Part shown: positions 17,213-26,827 of the stretch, piece after piece
How positions within the stretch are numbered: the first letter of the stretch is position 1
How the letters are laid out: each line of letters opens with the position of its first letter
From: a virus
Taxonomy: Duplodnaviria > Caudoviricetes
Length of the DNA stretch: 43,333 nt
Strand: one strand, 5' to 3'
Virus record (IMG/VR): IMGVR_UViG_3300011102_000170
Location: 1 to 43,333 of that record
Position numbers and translations under genes: made by a program
Notes under the pieces: generated by a model
Databases searched by the model: none
What the model saw: only the letters and a program-made list of their open reading frames with translations
Told to the model about the DNA's origin: nothing

Positions 17213-18160
17213 ATGGCGTACGACTCCCTGACGACGCGTGCTGACGTTCAGGCAATGATCCGAGAGCAAGTCTCGGATGTCATGCTGTCTGGGCTCCAGA
17301 CCTCCAGCGCCGTCCTCAACAACTTCACGCGGATCAACGTCCCGACCAACCAGACCCGGTTCCCGGTGCTGGCGGCGCTGCCTGACGCCTACTGGGTGAA
17401 CGGCGACACCGGCCAGAAGCAGACGACCGAGGCCAGCTGGGAGAACAAGTACCTCAACATCGAGGAGCTTGCCGCCATCGTCCCGATCCCGGACAGCGTG
17501 CTTGCCGATGCGTCGTTCGACATCTGGGGCAGCATCCGCCCGCTGGTTGAGAACGCCATCGCTCGCAAGCTCGACCAGGCCGTGTTCTTCGGCGTGAACA
17601 AGCCGGACAGCTTCCCCGTGGCCATCGCCCCGGCTGCTGTTGCGGCGGGCAACGTGGTGGCCCGTGGCACGACCGCGGCCAACGCTGGCGGCATTGCCGA
17701 GGACATCAACCTGCTTATGGGCGAGCTCATCGAGGACGGCTACATGCCGACCGCGTTCGTGGCGAACCCGACCTATCAGACGCGGCTCCGCTCCGCCCGT
17801 GACACCACCGGGCAGCTGCTGGCCGACGTCGGTGGCAGCGCCAACCAGATTTGGGGACTCCCCACCTCCTACCCGATGCCGGGCCTGTGGCCCACGGGCA
17901 ACGACGCGGCCGAGCTCTTCGCGCTGCAGCGGGAGAACTTCATCGTCGGCGTGCGCCAGGACTTCACCGTCACGGCGTCGAACCAGGCGGTGATTCAGGA
18001 TGGCACCGGCGCTATTGTCTACAACTCGTTCCAGCAGGACATGACGCTCTTCCGCATCGTGTTCCGGGCTGGCTGGGCCGTCTCCAACCCGATCAACTAC
18101 CAGGAGGAGACCGAAGCTGACCGCTACCCGGCCGCCGTCCTGCGCAGCCCCGCCGGCTAG
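17213..18160 (+). CDS. Major capsid protein (HK97 fold)
   Basis: 'AYWVNG', 'EELAAIVPI', 'FQQDMTLFR'; position. Confidence 0.92.
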   Translation: MAYDSLTTRADVQAMIREQVSDVMLSGLQTSSAVLNNFTRINVPTNQTRFPVLAALPDAYWVNGDTGQKQTTEASWENKYLNIEELAAIVPIPDSVLADASFDIWGSIRPLVENAIARKLDQAVFFGVNKPDSFPVAIAPAAVAAGNVVARGTTAANAGGIAEDINLLMGELIEDGYMPTAFVANPTYQTRLRSARDTTGQLLADVGGSANQIWGLPTSYPMPGLWPTGNDAAELFALQRENFIVGVRQDFTVTASNQAVIQDGTGAIVYNSFQQDMTLFRIVFRAGWAVSNPINYQEETEADRYPAAVLRSPAG

Positions 18161-18177
18161 AAGAGGAGCGCTGATTC

Positions 18178-18582
18178 ATGGCTAAGTCCCCACTGACGCA
18201 AGTGATTTCCGTCCCGGCCGCGCCGGTATCCACGGCCGCCAACGACCTCAACACCGTCCTCTTCGTGGCGCCGTTCGCGGGGACCGTGACGTCGGTGTCC
18301 TACGCGCCTACCGCTGACATCACCGGCGCCGCGACCAACAACCGCAAGGTCTCGGTGGTGAACGCGGCTGACGACGGCGACGGCACGACCGAGGTGGCCG
18401 AAGAGCAGTTCGTGAGCGGTGTCAACGCATCGCAGTACGCGGCGCTGGCCCTCACCCTCGCGAGTGACGCCGATGACCTCGAGTTCGCCGCTGGCGACGT
18501 GCTCGTCTGGAAGTCCACCCACATCGGGACCGGCATCGCGGATCCCGGCGGCACCGTGACCGTCACGATCAGCCGGAGCTAG
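18178..18582 (+). CDS. Putative capsid decoration protein
   Basis: Small, beta-strand- and Ala/Thr/Val-rich; directly after the major capsid gene. Confidence 0.55.
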   Translation: MAKSPLTQVISVPAAPVSTAANDLNTVLFVAPFAGTVTSVSYAPTADITGAATNNRKVSVVNAADDGDGTTEVAEEQFVSGVNASQYAALALTLASDADDLEFAAGDVLVWKSTHIGTGIADPGGTVTVTISRS

Positions 18583-18584
18583 CG

Positions 18585-18797
18585 ATGAGCGAGGAGGAGC
18601 GGGCGGCGGCGTACCGCCTCCAGTACGCGCGACGCAAGGCCTTTCAGGAGGCACAGGACGACGCGCTCGCTGGAGATGACGATGCCCTCGCCGCGCTCAC
18701 CGAGCGCTGGCAACCCATGATCGACTTCGTGAAGGAGGGCCCCGATGTCGGAGAACGAGACGAACCCGAATCAGAGGGCGGACAGCGCATCAACTGA
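18585..18797 (+). CDS. Hypothetical protein
   Basis: ORF in the head operon. Confidence 0.55.
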   Translation: MSEEERAAAYRLQYARRKAFQEAQDDALAGDDDALAALTERWQPMIDFVKEGPDVGERDEPESEGGQRIN

Positions 18798-18954
18798 CGA
18801 GTACGTGGATGTGGTTCGCCCCGATGGAAAGCCGTCTCGCATCACCCGCGCGGCCTTCCGGGGGATTTACCAGTACCGCGGGTGGAAGCTGGCTGACGAC
18901 AAGCCGGCCCGCAAGACGACTCGCAAGCGCACCACACGGAAGAAGGCAAGCTGA
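18745..18954 (+). CDS. Hypothetical protein with basic C-terminus
   Basis: AAGGAGG SD; stop overlaps next ATG. Confidence 0.6.
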   Translation: MSENETNPNQRADSASTDEYVDVVRPDGKPSRITRAAFRGIYQYRGWKLADDKPARKTTRKRTTRKKAS

Positions 18955-19367
18955 TGGCTGCCACGGACCCGATCACCAACGAGGTGCAGGCCCAGACGCT
19001 CATCGAGAACGCTGTGGCCTGGGACACCGATCCCGTGCTCACGGCGGATCAGGTGGCGCTGCTTGTAACGATGGCCACCTCGCAGGCGGACGACGATTCC
19101 GACCAGTGGACGGTCAGTGACCTCAACCGCGTCGTGTCGCTCGGGTGGAACTGGAAAGCCGCGGCTACCGCCTCGTCATTCAAGGTCGGGGTAGGCCCGG
19201 GCAAGACGTTCGACCTGCAGCAGCAGTACGAGCATTGCCTCCAGATGGCAGCGGCCTACGGCAACGGCACGCTCTCGGTGGTCGGTTCCGCCGACGCCAG
19301 CGACGGCACCGCCAGGCTCGGCGCCAAGATCGGGACGCTCACCATGACCTCGGTGATGAACACATGA
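18954..19367 (+). CDS. Head-tail adaptor/connector
   Basis: Position and size; 'WNWKAA'. Confidence 0.6.
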   Translation: MAATDPITNEVQAQTLIENAVAWDTDPVLTADQVALLVTMATSQADDDSDQWTVSDLNRVVSLGWNWKAAATASSFKVGVGPGKTFDLQQQYEHCLQMAAAYGNGTLSVVGSADASDGTARLGAKIGTLTMTSVMNT

Positions 19368-19744
19368 GCACCGCTGACCGCCTCTCTGGCATCGTGATCG
19401 GGCTCCGGCCCCTACACGACGATCTGGCCCTCCCGGACACCTGCGACATCGAGCGCGAGACGGAGACGCGGGACAGCCGCGGCAACATCGTCCGGACGTG
19501 GGGGACACACCTGGAGAACATCCGGTGTGCGCTCGACGTGGCGGGCCAGATGGGCCGTGAGTACGTGGTGGGGAGCGTGGAGTCCACGGAGGCCACGTAC
19601 ATCATCACGGTTCCGTACGACACCGACGTCACGGACAACGACCGGGTGGTGATTGGCGATCGCAGGTTCAACGTGATCACGGCGCGGCAGGGGGAAGGGT
19701 ACGAGATTGCCCGGACGCTCGAGTGCCGGGAGGTGTTCGCCTGA
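19364..19744 (+). CDS. Head closure/stopper protein (SPP1 gp16-like)
   Basis: 'DSRGN', 'VPYDTDVTDNDRVVIGDRRFNV'. Confidence 0.75.
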   Translation: MSTADRLSGIVIGLRPLHDDLALPDTCDIERETETRDSRGNIVRTWGTHLENIRCALDVAGQMGREYVVGSVESTEATYIITVPYDTDVTDNDRVVIGDRRFNVITARQGEGYEIARTLECREVFA

Positions 19745-20091
19745 TGGCCTCCGCCACGCTCAGCGTTCGCTCCAATCTCTTCCCGCGCATCGCCGCCCGG
19801 TTCCCGGTGGCGGCGGCTGGCGCCACCAACCAGGCGATTGCCCGGACCATTGAGGTTGCTGACCCGCTCACCCCGGTTGATACCGGCGCGCTGCGGGGTA
19901 ACAAGGTGATCCGAGCTGCAACCGGCGGCGATCCATCAGGCGAGATTCACTGGGCGCAGCACTACGCGGGGTATCAGGAGTTCGGCACCGTGCGCGGCAT
20001 CGTCGGCAAGCGCTACGCCCGGCAGGGGGCACAGGCCGGCGCGGCGCTGTGGCTGAATGAGCTCTCGCGGCTCGAAAGCGAGTTGCTGTGA
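19744..20091 (+). CDS. HK97 gp10-like neck protein
   Basis: 'TPVDTGALR', 'YAGYQEFGT'. Confidence 0.85.
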   Translation: MASATLSVRSNLFPRIAARFPVAAAGATNQAIARTIEVADPLTPVDTGALRGNKVIRAATGGDPSGEIHWAQHYAGYQEFGTVRGIVGKRYARQGAQAGAALWLNELSRLESELL

Positions 20092-20522
20092 TGTTCGGTG
20101 CCGAGATTGCCGCCGTTGCCGTCTACCAGGCGCTCGCGCCCGACGCGACGATTCAGGCCGCGGTCGACAACCGCATCCTCGCCATCGAGATCGTGCCGGA
20201 GGGCGTCGGGACACCCGCGGTGCTCCACCATCCGACCGGCAGCACCTACGAGGGGCCGATCTCCGGCCCGGCGGCAATGGAGCGGGTGCTGTACGCCGTG
20301 CGGCTCGTCTGTGAGGGCATCAGCACCGATCCGATCTGGGCAGCGGCCGAGCGCCAGATGGCGATTCTCGACGGCAACCAGTTCGCCGTCGTTGTGAACG
20401 AGGAACAGTACACGGTGGGCTTCACCGCTACGGGCGAGACGATCCCCACCACGGTCTATGAGGACGGGAACTACTACCGCCTCCTCGGCACCAACTACGA
20501 CGTGGACGTCACGAAAGGATAG
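20091..20522 (+). CDS. Tail terminator protein
   Basis: Lies between the gp10-like and major tail genes. Confidence 0.65.
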   Translation: MFGAEIAAVAVYQALAPDATIQAAVDNRILAIEIVPEGVGTPAVLHHPTGSTYEGPISGPAAMERVLYAVRLVCEGISTDPIWAAAERQMAILDGNQFAVVVNEEQYTVGFTATGETIPTTVYEDGNYYRLLGTNYDVDVTKG

Positions 20523-20528
20523 CGGACT

Positions 20529-21527
20529 ATGGGACGCTCGATGACCTATCAGGGTCTCTACCTCAAGAAGGAGACCACGCCGGGGACGGCCAACACCACC
20601 GGCATGCAACGCTACCTCGGCATCGGCGGCCGGCCCGGCTGGAACGTGGAGACACAGGAGTTCCGCGCCGAGGGGTACAAGACCAACACGACCTCGCAGC
20701 CGCTCATGGAAACCGGCCAGCACACCATCAACACCCTGCAGGACTACAACGCCCTGTTGCCGGTGCTGGCGTCCGTGCTGACCTATGACGGTGCCACGCA
20801 GCCCGACGCCGAGAACGCGGCCACGGCCTACGAGCACACGTTCCACCTCAACCCGACCGCGATGGACACGCTGACCACCTTCACGGGCATCTGGGGCGAC
20901 GCCACGCAGGCCATCCAGATGCTGTACCTGGTGTTCAACTCGCTCTCGTTCGGGATCCAGCGCGGCTCGCTCTCCGTGGGCACCAGCGCCATCAGCAAGG
21001 AACCGACTACCGGCGCCTCGCTGCCCACCTCGCCCACCACGGTCCCCTCGCAGCCGATCCCGGCCCGCTCCTACAGCGTCTACATCGATGACGCCTGGGC
21101 GGACCTGGGCAACACGAAGGCGACGGCGGTGTACGACTGGAACCTCAACATCGGTGACAAGCTCACCACGGACGCGCCGATCGACGCCGCGGTGACCTCG
21201 TTCGCCGGCCTCATCGACAATGAGGGCGTTGCCTACGATGGCAACTTCCAACTCGGGTTCGATGCCAGCGCCGTCAGCATGATTGGCGACTACAAGGCGG
21301 GCACGCAGAAGTTTGCCCGCGTGCATTCGGTCGGTCCCACGATCGGCGGGGACGTGACCTACGAACTGGAGGTAGACGCCTCACTCCTCGTTGTGCGACC
21401 GGGGGAGATCACGTCGGCGCCGAACGCGCCGGTGGTGGTGGTCCCGTTCGATTACATCCTCGTGCCGGACGCGACGTCGGGTAACGAGCTGACCGTGCGA
21501 CTGGTGAACGAAGTCGCCACCATCTAG
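20529..21527 (+). CDS. Major tail tube protein
   Basis: 'KETTPGT', 'YEHTF'; Thr-rich; position. Confidence 0.8.
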   Translation: MGRSMTYQGLYLKKETTPGTANTTGMQRYLGIGGRPGWNVETQEFRAEGYKTNTTSQPLMETGQHTINTLQDYNALLPVLASVLTYDGATQPDAENAATAYEHTFHLNPTAMDTLTTFTGIWGDATQAIQMLYLVFNSLSFGIQRGSLSVGTSAISKEPTTGASLPTSPTTVPSQPIPARSYSVYIDDAWADLGNTKATAVYDWNLNIGDKLTTDAPIDAAVTSFAGLIDNEGVAYDGNFQLGFDASAVSMIGDYKAGTQKFARVHSVGPTIGGDVTYELEVDASLLVVRPGEITSAPNAPVVVVPFDYILVPDATSGNELTVRLVNEVATI

Positions 21528-21539
21528 GAGACACAACCC

Positions 21540-21932
21540 ATGCCGAGTATCCAGCAGTTTGCTCGCGAGTCCGAGGATACCGTTCTCACGATCCGGGACA
21601 TCGACATCGCCGTCACCTTCAACCCGGATCGTGTCACCGTGGGCGCGATGAAGTCTGTCGCCCAACTCGAGCGGACGTACGACTTCGGCGCCGTGGCCGG
21701 TCTGCTCGACAATCTGGTGGAGGCGTGGGACGTGACCGGCCCCCTCTATGGGGAGGATGAGGACGGCGAGCCGGTGGAGCTCGTGGCCGATGGTGAGTCC
21801 ATCCCGTTCACGGAGGAGTGTCTGGAAGCGCTCGGCATGAACTTCGTGATGGAGTTCATGAACGAACTGCTCAGCAAGGCGACCGAAGGCCCAAACCCTA
21901 CCAGGGCGACACGCCGCTCCCGGAAGCGATAG
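21540..21932 (+). CDS. Tail assembly chaperone (G-like)
   Basis: Acidic; follows the major tail gene; slippery site near 3' end. Confidence 0.8.
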   Translation: MPSIQQFARESEDTVLTIRDIDIAVTFNPDRVTVGAMKSVAQLERTYDFGAVAGLLDNLVEAWDVTGPLYGEDEDGEPVELVADGESIPFTEECLEALGMNFVMEFMNELLSKATEGPNPTRATRRSRKR

Positions 21933-22153
21933 CGTGGGCATGGGTGAACCAGGACGCGTACGAAACGAACGTGGCTGAGGGGCTGATGGAGCCGTACCTG
22001 CCGGAGTGGCTGTCAGACTTCGCGATTGCGGAGGTGCTGAACATTCCGGTGCCAGAGGTGCGGCACCAGCCGCTCCGGATGCTGTGGCGGGCCAGCGTCG
22101 TGCTCAGGGCGCGGCAAGCGGCGGAGGCGATGCGAAAGGATCAGGGGACATGA
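21890..22153 (+). CDS. -1 frameshift extension of the tail chaperone (GT-like)
   Basis: C CCA AAC heptamer at 21890-21896; the -1 frame is open to 22153. Confidence 0.75.
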   Translation, partial: PKPYQGDTPLPEAIAWAWVNQDAYETNVAEGLMEPYLPEWLSDFAIAEVLNIPVPEVRHQPLRMLWRASVVLRARQAAEAMRKDQGT

Positions 22154-22335
22154 GGATCGCGCTCCGCTGTGATCGCCACCGCCACGCCTTCTACGACCCC
22201 GACGAACAGATACTCGAGATCCACTGTCGCAAGTGCAGCAAGGAGGCGGGCAAGCCCGTCTACCACCGCTGGCGCATCAAGGACGGCGTGTTGATCGGCG
22301 CCGACGACCCCCGCCCCATTAATCACCGGACATGA
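22150..22335 (+). CDS. Second, divergent Com-like zinc-ribbon protein (61 aa)
   Basis: 'LRCDRHRH...ILEIHCRKC'. Confidence 0.6.
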   Translation: MRIALRCDRHRHAFYDPDEQILEIHCRKCSKEAGKPVYHRWRIKDGVLIGADDPRPINHRT

Positions 22336-22384
22336 ACCTGCGCTATCCTAGGGGCGTCGTTCGGTGATTCGGAGGAGAGAGGGG

Positions 22385-22888
22385 ATGCGTTGGGTACTCG
22401 TCGTGATGCTGTTTGGGCTGGTGCCGACGTCGGTGGCCGCACAGACGCCACAGGCCACACCACAGGCGACGCCGGCCGTCATTGATTGCGGGTGGATTGA
22501 GAGCTACATGACCTTCTACCGCGACGCCGTGCCGGAGCGATCCGCCGACGAGTGGCACGTCATCGAGAAATGGCGCGACGGCGGCATTAACTACGCGACG
22601 GCACGCCCTTCCGAGGCGCGCATCCTGAGCGACTTCTTCGATGAGTTTGCATCGAACCTCGAGCGTATCCCTGAGCGCATGGTGCCGCCCCCGGTGGCGG
22701 AGTACCACGACGCCAGAATCCGGCAATACAGCATCTTTGCCGCTGGGTACAACGCGGTGGTTAACGGTGACATGTTCGCCGTGATGTTCTATTCCGAGCA
22801 GGAAGAGGATGTACGTGGGGCCATCAGGGATGCCTCCGACATACTTGAGCAGGCGTGCGGAGAGCGCTGGTCGTCGCATTGGGAATAG
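22385..22888 (+). CDS. Secreted moron protein
   Basis: Signal peptide (VAA-Q), QATP repeats, two Cys; own -10-like TATCCT at 22344. Confidence 0.75.
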   Translation: MRWVLVVMLFGLVPTSVAAQTPQATPQATPAVIDCGWIESYMTFYRDAVPERSADEWHVIEKWRDGGINYATARPSEARILSDFFDEFASNLERIPERMVPPPVAEYHDARIRQYSIFAAGYNAVVNGDMFAVMFYSEQEEDVRGAIRDASDILEQACGERWSSHWE

Positions 22889-22907
22889 CCCAATAACGGC
22901 CAGAATC

Positions 22908-22996
22908 TGATACACTAGGCACAGATTATCCCCACCGAGAACGCCTTCGAGCGCAGGGGCTGGTAACCAGCCGTCCACGCTCCGAGGCGTTTCCTC
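22908..22996 (+). promoter_or_regulatory. Extended -10 promoter + structured leader of the tape-measure gene
   Basis: TGA-TACACT; GAACGCC..GAGCG...CGCTC..GGCGTTT stem with inner GGCTGG-TAA-CCAGCC hairpin. Confidence 0.6.
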
Positions 22997-25900
22997 TTGG
23001 CAATCACGGCCGCTGACATCCGCGTGAAATTCTCGTCGGAAGGCGCTGGTGCTGTCCGTAGCGACATCACCGGTGTGGGCGGAGCCGTCGACGCTGTACA
23101 GGGCAAGCTCTCCTCCTGGGGCAAGAATCTCCGCACCACCGGCACCTGGCTGACAGCGGGGGTTACTACGCCGCTCGTCGCCTTTTTCACCACGGCCATC
23201 AACGGCGCTTCCTCGCTCGAACAGGCACAGGGCAAGGTCGACGCGGTGTTCAAGAACAGCGCCGACGTGGTGCAGCAGTGGTCCAAGACGACCGCCGACT
23301 CCATCGGCGTCTCGGAGACGCAAGCCCTCCAGTGGACCGGCACCATCGGCAACTTCTTCACCTCGGCGGGCATCGCGCACGACCAGGCGGCGCAGATGAG
23401 CCAGGACTTCATCACGCTCTCCGCCGACATGGCCGCCTTCAACGACGTCTCCGCCGCCCGCGCCTCAGACGCCCTTATCTCCGGTCTCGCTGGCGAGTAC
23501 GACGCGCTCCAGCGCCTCGGCATCAACATCAAGGCCGCCACGGTCGAGGAGGAAGCGCTCGCGATCGCAATGGCCGATGGTCGCGAGGAGATCACCGAGA
23601 ACGACCGCGCGCTGGCTCGCTACAACGTCATCATGCGGGAATCGGCCAACCAGCACGGCCAGTTCAAGCGTGAGGCGTCTGGATTCGCCGGGCAATTGGC
23701 GATCCTCAAGGCGCAATTCTCCGAGCTTGTCACCGAGATTGGCGGGCACCTCATTCCCCACGCGACGGCGTTCATCGGCGTGTTGCGGCAGTTGGTCGCG
23801 GGCATCGATGCGCTCAGCCCGTCCATGCAGCGTTGGGCCGTGGTGGCAGGGCTCGTGGCCGCTGCGCTGGGGCCGATCCTCATCGCCATTGGCCTGATGC
23901 TGCCAGGGCTCGGCGTCATGATCGGGCTCTTTGCCGCGATGGTGTCTCCGATCGGGCTGGTCGTGGCTGCCGTGGCTGCACTCGCCGTGGTGTTCCGCGG
24001 CCCGCTGATGAGTGGCCTGCGGAGAGTCGGGAGCACCGTCAAGGACGCCATCGACGCGTTCCGGGACATGTGGGACTCGCTCTCGGGGATCACGGAGATT
24101 GTCGAGCGATCGCAGGGCTTCTATGCCGAGTGGACCCGAACGGTCGAGGTTGCCACCAACGCCACAAACACGCTGAGCCGGTTCCTGTACTCCCTCGCTG
24201 CCGCGTTCGCCTCGATCGGCGGAGAGAACACGCCGGCATGGATTGCCGCTGTCTCGCGTGGGCTGATCGAAATGGCCCGAACCGTCGAGGAGCTGGTGGG
24301 CTGGTTCCAGACATTCCGGGAGCTTGGCATCAATCCGGTATCGTCGGCGTTGCTCGCGCTCGGGGCAACGTTTGAGCCGCTGATGCCGCTGATGTCCGAC
24401 CTGGCCGACATGGTAGCCAACCTGCAGGACGCGTTTCAGGCGTTCATGGATGGCAACTGGTCACTCGGCTTCGCTGAACTCGGCAACGCGGCACAGGATG
24501 CGTGGGGAGCTATCCAGGCCGGCATCGGGCTTATCAGTGAACTTGCGATGCAGGTGGCCGATTGGGTGCTGAACGTCGGCGCGCCCGCCGTTGTTGGCGC
24601 CGCTCAGGACATCTGGGACGCGGTTTCTGACTGGGTGGTAAATACCGCGTGGCCAACGGTGAAGGCTACGGCAATTGCTCTCGGTGATGTCGTTCTTGAC
24701 ATCGGTGGTTGGGCGCGTGGCAAAGCCCCGCAAATCTGGGAGTTTGTTTCGGGTTGGGTCCGTGCGTTGATCGCGACTGCCGGGAATGTGGCAGGCGAGA
24801 TCGCAGAGGCGACGCTGGACATCCTCGTGTGGGCGCGAGGGAAGGCCCCACAAGTTCGGGAGTTCGTCTCAACGTGGGTGGACTCACTGGTATCTACGGC
24901 GGGCAACGTCGCCGGAGTGATCGAATCCGCCACCGTGAACATCACGTCATGGGTGGAGGGCGAGGTTGCGGACATCACCAGTGCAATCGAGTCCTGGCTG
25001 GGCACGCCGCTCGTGCCGGTAACCGCCAATGGTGACGTGTCGTGGGGCGATGTCGGTGTCCCAGCCAATAGTTCAACCGCGCTGATGATCCGCGACAAAA
25101 TCGGTGACCTCACAGTTGGTGGCATCGTTGCGACGCTCGACTTCATCGGCGAGTTTGGGAGCCTTGAGGGGGTCGCGGAGACGATCACGGGCGCGAAGGA
25201 CTGGCTCGTGGGACAGGCACTCAAGGTTGCCGGCGTTGCGCTTGAGGTCAGCTTCCTTGCCAGCCTCGGCCCACTCGGGGTGAAGGGGCTCGCTGGCGTC
25301 GCTCTTGTCGTGGCGAATAACGTCGCGGACTACTTCGCCAATAACCCGCTCTCGCTGGTTGAGCTCGCCGTTGCGTTCAAAGCGATTCTCGATTCCGAGG
25401 CGTCCGACTTCGCGCTGGACATCGCCGCGATTGAGTTGGCGATTCTTGATGCGTTGGGCGTCGTGCCTGGTGCCCCGCTTCTGCTCGAACTGCCCACCAC
25501 GATCAAGGCCATGTGGGATGGCGAGATCGATCTAGGCTTTACGAAAGAAGACATTGTTGAGGGCATCATCAATAGCATCGTCCCTGGTGGTGGTGCGCTA
25601 GACATCGAGTTGCCCGTCGACATCAACCCCTTCAACAACGGTGATGAGAAGGACGGCGAAGGTGGCGGCACGTCAGGATCCACCCTGTTCGGTAGCAACT
25701 GGGGTGCTAGACTCGACGGCATCATCGAGGATATGCGGTCGGCTGCGGTCGCAGGGCTTGAATCCATCCGAGGCGACATCCAGACCAAAGCCGGGGAGTG
25801 GGCTTCTGCGCTCCAGGGCGGCATCGCGCCGCTCGGCGGAATCGCGGCTACCGCCTTCGGCGCGGTCAGCACGAGCGCGACAACAGGCCTGGGGGCTGCC

Positions 25901-26827
25901 ACGGCGGCGGTGATCGCCGGAACCGGGCAAATCCTGGCCGTGACCGTTACCAACCTCGGCAGCATGGCGGCGAGTGCGCTCGCCAGCTTCACCAGCATCC
26001 GCACAACGGCCACGACCAACACCACGGCGATGCAGGCGGGCGTCACCGCCGGTATGAACGCCATGCGGGCTACCTCCACCGCCGCTGTCGCCGGCATGCA
26101 GGCCGGGATTGCCGCCTCGATGCTCGTGATGCGGTCCTCGGCGGTCAGCAGCGCCAACGCGATGCAGAGCAGCGTCGTGGCCGCAATGACCAACATGGCG
26201 CTGCGCTCGGCTGCCGCTGTCCGATCCGGCATGGGCCAGATTCCCGGCATCATCGCCTCGGTCGGCGGGGCCGCGGCCGGCGTCGCCTTCAGTGTGGGCG
26301 CCGCGATCGGCAACGGTGTCGCCGCCGGCATGCTCTCCGCGCTCGGCACCATCCGGGCAGCGGCCAACGCCATGATCAGCGAGGCGCTACGGGCGGCACA
26401 GGCGCGCGCCATCATCGCCAGCCCCTCCAAGCTCTTTGAGCGCGAGGTCGGCGTCCACATCTCCGAGGGTGTCGCGGAGGGCATCGAGCGGGCGTCTGGC
26501 GTGGTGCAGCGGGCCGTCTCCGACATGCTCGACGTGAATGGCCTGCTCGATCGGCTCGTCTACCTCGTCAACGAGGAGGTCATCGGCGCCGTTCGCAACT
26601 CCATCCCCGAGGCCGGCACGTTCAGCAACCCGTACACGATCGGCCTGCCCGGCACGGCTGGCCGCCGCTACCCCACGCAGTTCGACAACCGCGTGATCTT
26701 CGAGGCCGGCAGCATCGTCCAGCGTGAGGGCGAGAGCACCCCGGAACTGGCGGAGCGCATCGCCAGCCTCATCGCCAAGATGCAAAACCGTGATCTGGAG
26801 ACCGTTATCGGAGGGTCGATGGTATGA
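22997..26827 (+). CDS. Tape measure protein
   Basis: 1276 aa, Ala/Gly-rich; Trp-spaced repeats; TM-like segments; C-terminal 'IASPSK'. Confidence 0.92.
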   Translation: MAITAADIRVKFSSEGAGAVRSDITGVGGAVDAVQGKLSSWGKNLRTTGTWLTAGVTTPLVAFFTTAINGASSLEQAQGKVDAVFKNSADVVQQWSKTTADSIGVSETQALQWTGTIGNFFTSAGIAHDQAAQMSQDFITLSADMAAFNDVSAARASDALISGLAGEYDALQRLGINIKAATVEEEALAIAMADGREEITENDRALARYNVIMRESANQHGQFKREASGFAGQLAILKAQFSELVTEIGGHLIPHATAFIGVLRQLVAGIDALSPSMQRWAVVAGLVAAALGPILIAIGLMLPGLGVMIGLFAAMVSPIGLVVAAVAALAVVFRGPLMSGLRRVGSTVKDAIDAFRDMWDSLSGITEIVERSQGFYAEWTRTVEVATNATNTLSRFLYSLAAAFASIGGENTPAWIAAVSRGLIEMARTVEELVGWFQTFRELGINPVSSALLALGATFEPLMPLMSDLADMVANLQDAFQAFMDGNWSLGFAELGNAAQDAWGAIQAGIGLISELAMQVADWVLNVGAPAVVGAAQDIWDAVSDWVVNTAWPTVKATAIALGDVVLDIGGWARGKAPQIWEFVSGWVRALIATAGNVAGEIAEATLDILVWARGKAPQVREFVSTWVDSLVSTAGNVAGVIESATVNITSWVEGEVADITSAIESWLGTPLVPVTANGDVSWGDVGVPANSSTALMIRDKIGDLTVGGIVATLDFIGEFGSLEGVAETITGAKDWLVGQALKVAGVALEVSFLASLGPLGVKGLAGVALVVANNVADYFANNPLSLVELAVAFKAILDSEASDFALDIAAIELAILDALGVVPGAPLLLELPTTIKAMWDGEIDLGFTKEDIVEGIINSIVPGGGALDIELPVDINPFNNGDEKDGEGGGTSGSTLFGSNWGARLDGIIEDMRSAAVAGLESIRGDIQTKAGEWASALQGGIAPLGGIAATAFGAVSTSATTGLGAATAAVIAGTGQILAVTVTNLGSMAASALASFTSIRTTATTNTTAMQAGVTAGMNAMRATSTAAVAGMQAGIAASMLVMRSSAVSSANAMQSSVVAAMTNMALRSAAAVRSGMGQIPGIIASVGGAAAGVAFSVGAAIGNGVAAGMLSALGTIRAAANAMISEALRAAQARAIIASPSKLFEREVGVHISEGVAEGIERASGVVQRAVSDMLDVNGLLDRLVYLVNEEVIGAVRNSIPEAGTFSNPYTIGLPGTAGRRYPTQFDNRVIFEAGSIVQREGESTPELAERIASLIAKMQNRDLETVIGGSMV

